DNA from: Pseudogymnoascus verrucosus
Lineage: Eukaryota
DNA: 64,000 nt
Assembly (NCBI GenBank): GCA_001662655.1
Contig: KV460252.1
Direction: 5' to 3' (one strand)
Part shown: positions 57,882 through 64,000 of the stretch, in pieces
Position numbering within the stretch: position 1 is the stretch's first letter
Layout: each line of letters starts with the position of its first letter
Notes under the pieces: generated by a model
What the model was told of the DNA's origin: nothing
Databases searched by the model: none
Seen by the model: only the letters and a program-made list of their open reading frames with translations
Made by a program: the position numbers and the translations under genes

Positions 57882-60800
57882 ATGATGGTGCGTACGAATC
57901 GAAACACGGCCTCAATCGGACTTACCACACTCTACGAGCCCGAGGATGCACTGATCGAGTAAGTCTTGCGTAGACGGTGATTTTGGTCTGACCGTTTCGA
58001 CTCGAAGCTGCTAACATATAAGGTAGCATCGTCTTTATCCACGGCTTCAACGGCCATCCCGAACGGACATGGACATACAAGCGGGCAGATGCCGACCCCC
58101 CAAATCATTCCAATGATCCCGAACTCCCTGAACGTCCGTCCAAGTTTCGAAAACTCAATCCCTTCAGCAAGGACCAGGAGAGAAACAGCTGCCCCCCGAA
58201 GGAAACATATTGGCCCCGAGACCTTCTTCCCCACACTGTCAAGAAGGCTCGGGTCCTGACATTCGGCTACGACACAACGGTGCATCACAGGTTCGGGCAA
58301 ACGAGGAACCGCAATACCATCTACGACTTTGCCTGGGAATTTCTGAACTGCCTTAGCGATGCTCGCCAGTCAGATGGGCAAAGTCGGCGTCCGCTTCTCT
58401 TCGTCGCTCATAGTCTCGGTGGGATCATTACGAAGGAGGCCCTGCGGCAGGCCAACTTAAAAAGCGCGCACGAGTCCTGTGCACATCTCAGGGATATCTT
58501 CTTGTCCACCTCGGGCATCATTTTCTTTGGTACACCACACCGAGGAGCAGATCCAAGAGGTTTTCTTCAGCATGTTGCTGAAAGAGCTGTTCGTGCTGCG
58601 GGGTTCACGGTCAACCAGAAGGTCTTTGATACACTTTTGCCCGACTCAGAGCGCCTGAAGGAACTCCTTGATGAGTTTCCTCTACTTGTTAGTAAGATGA
58701 AGTGGAACATTGTCTCTTTTAGAGAGATGCATGGTATGGCAGTCCTAGGCGGTAAAAAGGTCTGTTTGTATCCTTCATATTATTGCTTGTACCCTTTATA
58801 CTGCTCGCGACCTCTTTACTAACTAGCTATTAGGTTGTTGACGATGCATCATCTTGTCTTGGTGATTTCAACCTAGAGATTGTCAGAGACATAGAGAGTG
58901 ATCATAGGGATATGTGTCGATTCTCTGGTCTTAACGACCCTCGATATAACAAGGTTGCGGCGGCTATCCACCGTATTGTACAACCTTCACTTGGGGAATT
59001 GAATAAAGAAATATGTGTCGAGGAGTCTAGGTCGAGGCCGAGAGCAATGACTCCTGAACCTAAGACTCCTGAACCAAAGACTCCTGAACCAAAGACTCCT
59101 GGACTAACGACCCCTGGACCCGCGACTCCTGGAACAACAACTTCCGAAACCAAGGACGATGGCAAAATACTTTCTGAGGCTCAGCAGAAAGAAATGATGG
59201 ACCGATTACGCTTTCAGCAAATGGACGCCCGTCTATTAACACTCAAGACAGCACAAGCAAAAACCTGTCGTTGGCTACTCAAGAACGGAAACTACAAGGA
59301 TTGGATCAATACGACGAAGATCAAAGAGCACCACGGCTTCTTTTGGATTAAGGGCAAGCCTGGAACTGGAAAATCTATTATGATGAAGTTTCTATTTTGG
59401 GAGGCAAAGAAGTCCATGAAGGGCTCGATTGTCATGTCGTTCTTTTTCAACGCTCGAGGTGGAGACCTCGAGAAGTCGACTACTGGATTATATCGTGCGC
59501 TGCTTTTGCAGCTCTTAGAGAAAGCTCCGGAAACTCGCCACGTCCTCGACTACTACGGAACGTCTGGGTTTAATGCCATTAAGGAGGCTAGTGATTGGCC
59601 TGATGAAATGCTCAAAGAGGCGTTTACTCGAGCTCTCGAGAAACTAGGAGATCAGCGAATCGTTTGTTATATTGATGCCCTAGATGAATGCCCCGAGGAT
59701 GATGTCCGTGATATGATATCGTTCTTTGAAGGACTTGGGGATCTTGAGAAAGCAGTGGAATTCCGCGTTTGTTTTTCGAGCCGCCATTATCCGGAAATCA
59801 GCATCCGAACTGGTCTCCAGCTTGTCCTTGAATCAGAGCAGGATCACAAAAACGACATCATTCTCTACATCGATACCCACCTTAAAATCGGCACAACTAC
59901 TCAAGCTGAGGACATCAAGGCACAGATTTTAAAAAAATCTTCAAACATCTTTCTTTGGGTTGTATTGGTCATTCCTATCCTGAACAAGGAATACGATCGT
60001 GGGAGGATTAAGGCTCTGAAGAAAAGACTTGGGGAGATCCCTGCCGGGCTGCACGAATTGTTCCTCGATATACTAACGAGGGACCATAAGAACATCGGTG
60101 AACTCCTGGTTTGCATTCAGGCTATACTATTCGCCGCACGACCATTTAGACCAGATGAACTCCGGATCGCAGTCGAAGCAGGTAACGAGGACGATCCTAC
60201 AGATGGGCCATGTGATCCGGCTCAGATGACGGCCGACAATTTGAGGAGATTTGTATTAGATGCTTCTAAAGGGTTGGCAGAAATCACCAAATCCAAAGAG
60301 CCAACTGTCCAGTTTATACACGAGTCGGTACGCGACTTTCTGCTTAAGGATGGAGGACTGAAGAAACTACTTCCTACTGCGAAGAATTTTGAGGGACAAG
60401 GGCATGACACTCTCAAGAGAATTTGCTCACTCCAGCTTTCGCTATATACTGCACGACTGGCCTTATTTACTGAACGAGTGTCAGTAAGGGGCGAGAACCC
60501 CTTACTTTGGGCCAAGGAATACCCATTGTTACAATATGCAGTAGATCATATCTACTTTCACGCGAATTGGGCACAAAAACAGGGTCTAGATCAGACTGTG
60601 TTCCTCGAGACTTTCAATACTCGAGAGTGGCTGCGGGCACGTAACGCTTCTCACAAGACGCTGCTACCATCGGAAACCTGGCACAATCGCCCTCACCTCT
60701 TGTACTTTCTCGGCGAATATGGTTGTGCTGATCTTATTGGAATCCACCCCGAGAGAGACCAGCACCTTTCATTAGAATGGGGACCTTTTGGATATCCTAT

Positions 60801-62274
60801 AGTAGCAGCTCTATATGGTGGCCATAGTGCTGCTGCTCGCGCATTTGTAAACCTCCCTCAACTGCATGATGAGACCTCAGCGAATCCAGCGCAACCGATA
60901 TCTCGCCGCAGTTTTACGAGGAAGAAGGGAGGCTTTAATAAGATACGGCATGTCATCTCCTTCCTATGCCAATTCGGCGATGTGGACATTTTGAGGGTAG
61001 TGCTGGAATCTAGCCTTCCCGGAGCTAAGCAAAACCTAGGGGTTTTGCTTAGCTCCCAGGACACTATGTGGGAGTGCTTACAATACGCCTCATCAGAAGC
61101 GATTGTAGACATGCTTATGGAATTCAACACTGCTTACATTGGGATCACTGAAATCATTGGTCACAAAAAGCCGCTCAATCTATTAAATAACGGCGAGGAG
61201 CCGACTCTCTCGAAATTTCCACATCTGGAATTAGCCCTGAAAAAGCACCCTCCCCTAATAAATAAGGGTGGATTCTGGGGTAATTCTATAAACCTGTTGA
61301 GCTATGCGGCCAAGAGAGGGTTCGAAGATATCTCGAAGCTCTGCATAAAAGATACATATGCCTGTAATATATCAAATGCCCTACGGTGCGCGGTCCGTGG
61401 ACGTATTAACCACAGCAGTCGATTGGTAATCATTGAAATTTTGCTAGATGTCGGAGTAGACCTAAGGGCTGGCGAAAATCAGAATATTGACGGATTGATC
61501 TTCGACGCAATGATGCAAACTCACAACGAGGAGGTCGTCGCTTTACTGTTATCCACATCATCCTTGGATCTAGAGGCTAATAGGCAAGGTTTGACGCCAC
61601 TCCTCTGGGCAATTCAAGAATCGCGAAAGACATTTGTCAAAATGCTCTTGGAGGCTGGCTCGGACCCTATGGCACGTACTCCAAATGGAACCACAGCCTT
61701 GACTCTCGCCGTGAAGTTATCCGATCTCAGCTCATTTCGATGCATGCTTAGCAATCCAAAGTGTGAGGTCGACGCTCGAGATGACAATGGGCGGACAGCC
61801 CTATCTTGGTGTGCGACAGTGGCAGATAAAACTGCTATAGCAATGGTCTCGGACCTCATCAAACTACAGAGCGTGGATCCAAATTCAAGGGACTATTCTG
61901 GCCAGACTGTATTAATACGAGCAGTACGGTCTGGCAACCCTGAGCTGGTCGAGGCACTGCTCAATTCGCCTAGAATTGATCCAGACCTTCCGGCAAACAG
62001 GGGCTCAACTCCACTGATGCTCGCCATTAAATTTTCTCGTGATTATGGCTGCAATCGAGTGTTCTGGGAAATATCACGAATGCTCCTCTTGACAGGGAAG
62101 GTTGATATTGATCGTTATAATAGGCGCACTACACTTCATTCACTTGCTGAATATTATGGAACAGTCGAGCTGGTAAGATTAGTGGAATGCTTCTATCGAT
62201 GTAGCGGAAGTCAAATGGACGAATTGAAGGACTTGGAGTGGGATGGCAAGGAAATGCCACAAACTCTGCAGTAG
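57882..62274 (+). CDS. NLR-like protein: SesB-like alpha/beta hydrolase, NACHT, ankyrin repeats; exons 57882-57958, 58027-58759, 58834-62274
   Basis: Spliced DIVFIHGFNGHPERTW, RVLTFGYD, FVAHSLGG, IIFFGTPHRG, DHRDMCRF (hydrolase); WIKGKPGTGKS, FFFNARG, YIDALDEC, FSSRHYP, VQFIHESVRDFL (NACHT and winged helix); ankyrins GLTPLLWAI, GTTALTLAV, GRTALSW, GQTVLIRAV, GSTPLMLAI. Confidence 0.92.
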
Positions 62275-62805
62275 ACCACGGGAAACTCGAGGGATTCCAC
62301 ACTTGTTATATCAATTCCGCTTGGTGGACCACAAACCCATCTTGGCCTGCCACCTAAGTCATTTCTGACGCTATCATGGTAAATACTAGGATCTGTGCAA
62401 CACTCTGTGTACCATTTTAATCGTCACTAGCGAGAGATTTTACATCTGCGGATAGTTGAACAGTTTAAATGTGTCACAGTACCTAGCCAGCTCCAGCTGG
62501 GTATAGTATGCGACGGCTGCCCCACCGCTAAAACAGTATGAGAATGAATCAAATATCTCAGCATTTCTCATACAAAAACTGGTGGCGTGTGCCAAAGCAC
62601 AGACTTTAGTATTTCCCACCCGAACTGCCCATATTCTGTGATGCAGCCCTGAGGTCTAATAATTAAATATCTAATACTTGCATACAATCAGATCTAGACA
62701 TGCAACAAAGACCGCCCGTGTCTTCGCCTATCGAGTTGAATATTGCTGAATCCTAATGGGGGGTATATTGTAGTGTTGGGACACGGATCCGTTCGGGGTG
62801 TCGAT

Positions 62806-64000
62806 TCAAGCGAAATTTGTGATATTCGGTATAGACCCAGCCAGATTTATGGCTGTATCAGAGTCTGGGTGGACGAAGAATGCAATGGCAATAGTAACAT
62901 AGCTGAGAACGAAATCATTATTAGGCTAGCCAAGGAAAGAAGAGGGTGGCGAGGTACTTACGTGCCGATCAAAAGCACACCTTCAAAGTAATTGGTCTGT
63001 CCGTCACGAACCAGGCAGTTCACTATGAGGACTGACATGGTGAGAGCAATGGTTTCGAAGGTGTCGAACTGCAATGTCATGTCTTTCCCAATGATCCAAC
63101 CTACTATCACCAAGAACGGGGTAACGAACAGTGATATCTGTAACGTACTCCCCACAATGACGGAAACTGCAAGGTTTATCTTACCAGTCCTGGACCATTT
63201 AACCGTGGCGACGTAGCATCCCGCATTCCCAACGATGGGCACGATGATGAGACCGATAAAGCTGCGACTGACACCTAACGCCTCGACGAAGCCGTCGACA
63301 CTGTCGATGAGATAATCGGAGCAGACCGCCACACCGACAGTCGCAAGAATAAGAACCGTGCTGCTAGACCAGGTGCTCAACTTGTCGCTTTGCTCGTCCT
63401 CTTCCTCTTCAGTGAAGAGATGACTGTGGGTATAAGACTGGAAGAATAAATACAGCAGGTAAAATATGAGGAGGATTATGGATGTGGTGCGGGATAAGTT
63501 CAAGATATAATCGTTTGGATTATGGTTGGAGTCATTAGACCCGGGATTGGCGATATAGAGAGCGGACGGAATGATGAGAGAGGAGCACGAAATGATCATC
63601 AACGACGTGAGAATGCCGGCAATGTCAATGTTGATGTCAACCGTTTGCTTTCCCACTCCGACACAAAAAAAAGATGTACCAAGAATCTAGAGACAGGTGT
63701 CAGCGCGGATTGGGAGTGACCAAAGCAGTGGAGGGAAGCCTTACAAGCAAGATGGATGATAGAATACTGCCGATCATACTCGACTGCACAATGCTTATTT
63801 CCCCCTCCTTGAGAGCACTTATGCCAACCTGAAGAGACAAAGTCAGCGACGAAGGAGTCATGGGTTTCTGGTGAAGGAGTCTGCGTAGGGGCAAGAAAGC
63901 ATACTATCATTTCCACGGCATTGCCAAACGTGGCATTGATCAATCCACCAATGACCGAGCCAAACTCGGCTGCCAGTTGCTCAGTCGAGAAGGTCAATAT
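62806..64000 (-). CDS. Vacuolar Ca2+/H+ exchanger (VCX1/CAX family), 3' part
   Basis: TEQLA...[70 protein letters not shown]; final exon [13 protein letters not shown]...NFA* ends at 62806; the 5' end lies beyond the window. Confidence 0.92.

Overview
Intron-containing filamentous ascomycete DNA (GT-AG introns with CTAAC/CTGAC branch sites). About 20 protein-coding genes, several degenerate genes and one tRNA-Ile(AAT) gene are supported. Conserved genes include mitochondrial GatB/PET112, eIF2A, a VCX1-type Ca2+/H+ exchanger, an UNC-93-like MFS transporter, a family-3 acyltransferase, a GNAT, a CFEM/PTH11-like receptor and a P450. The main result is an apparent fungal immune island at about 11.6-20.1 kb. 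A HET-S-like HeLo cell-death effector with a two-repeat HET-s-type amyloid domain lies head-to-head, 730 bp apart, with an NB-ARC/TPR NLR. The NLR's 100-nt first exon, not joined to the gene in the ORF track, encodes a single matching amyloid repeat (R0). This is a het-S/nwd2-like amyloid signalling pair with atypical features, next to a FunK1 kinase and an orphan gene. At 21.6-24.7 kb, four tandem units share an upstream motif: three carry disrupted DEESQ/transmembrane micro-genes and one carries a small ORF derived from a Ty3/gypsy reverse-transcriptase YVDD segment. A second NLR (alpha/beta-hydrolase-NACHT-ankyrin) lies at 57.9-62.3 kb. Family calls come from motif recognition and manual translation only; no database searches were run.
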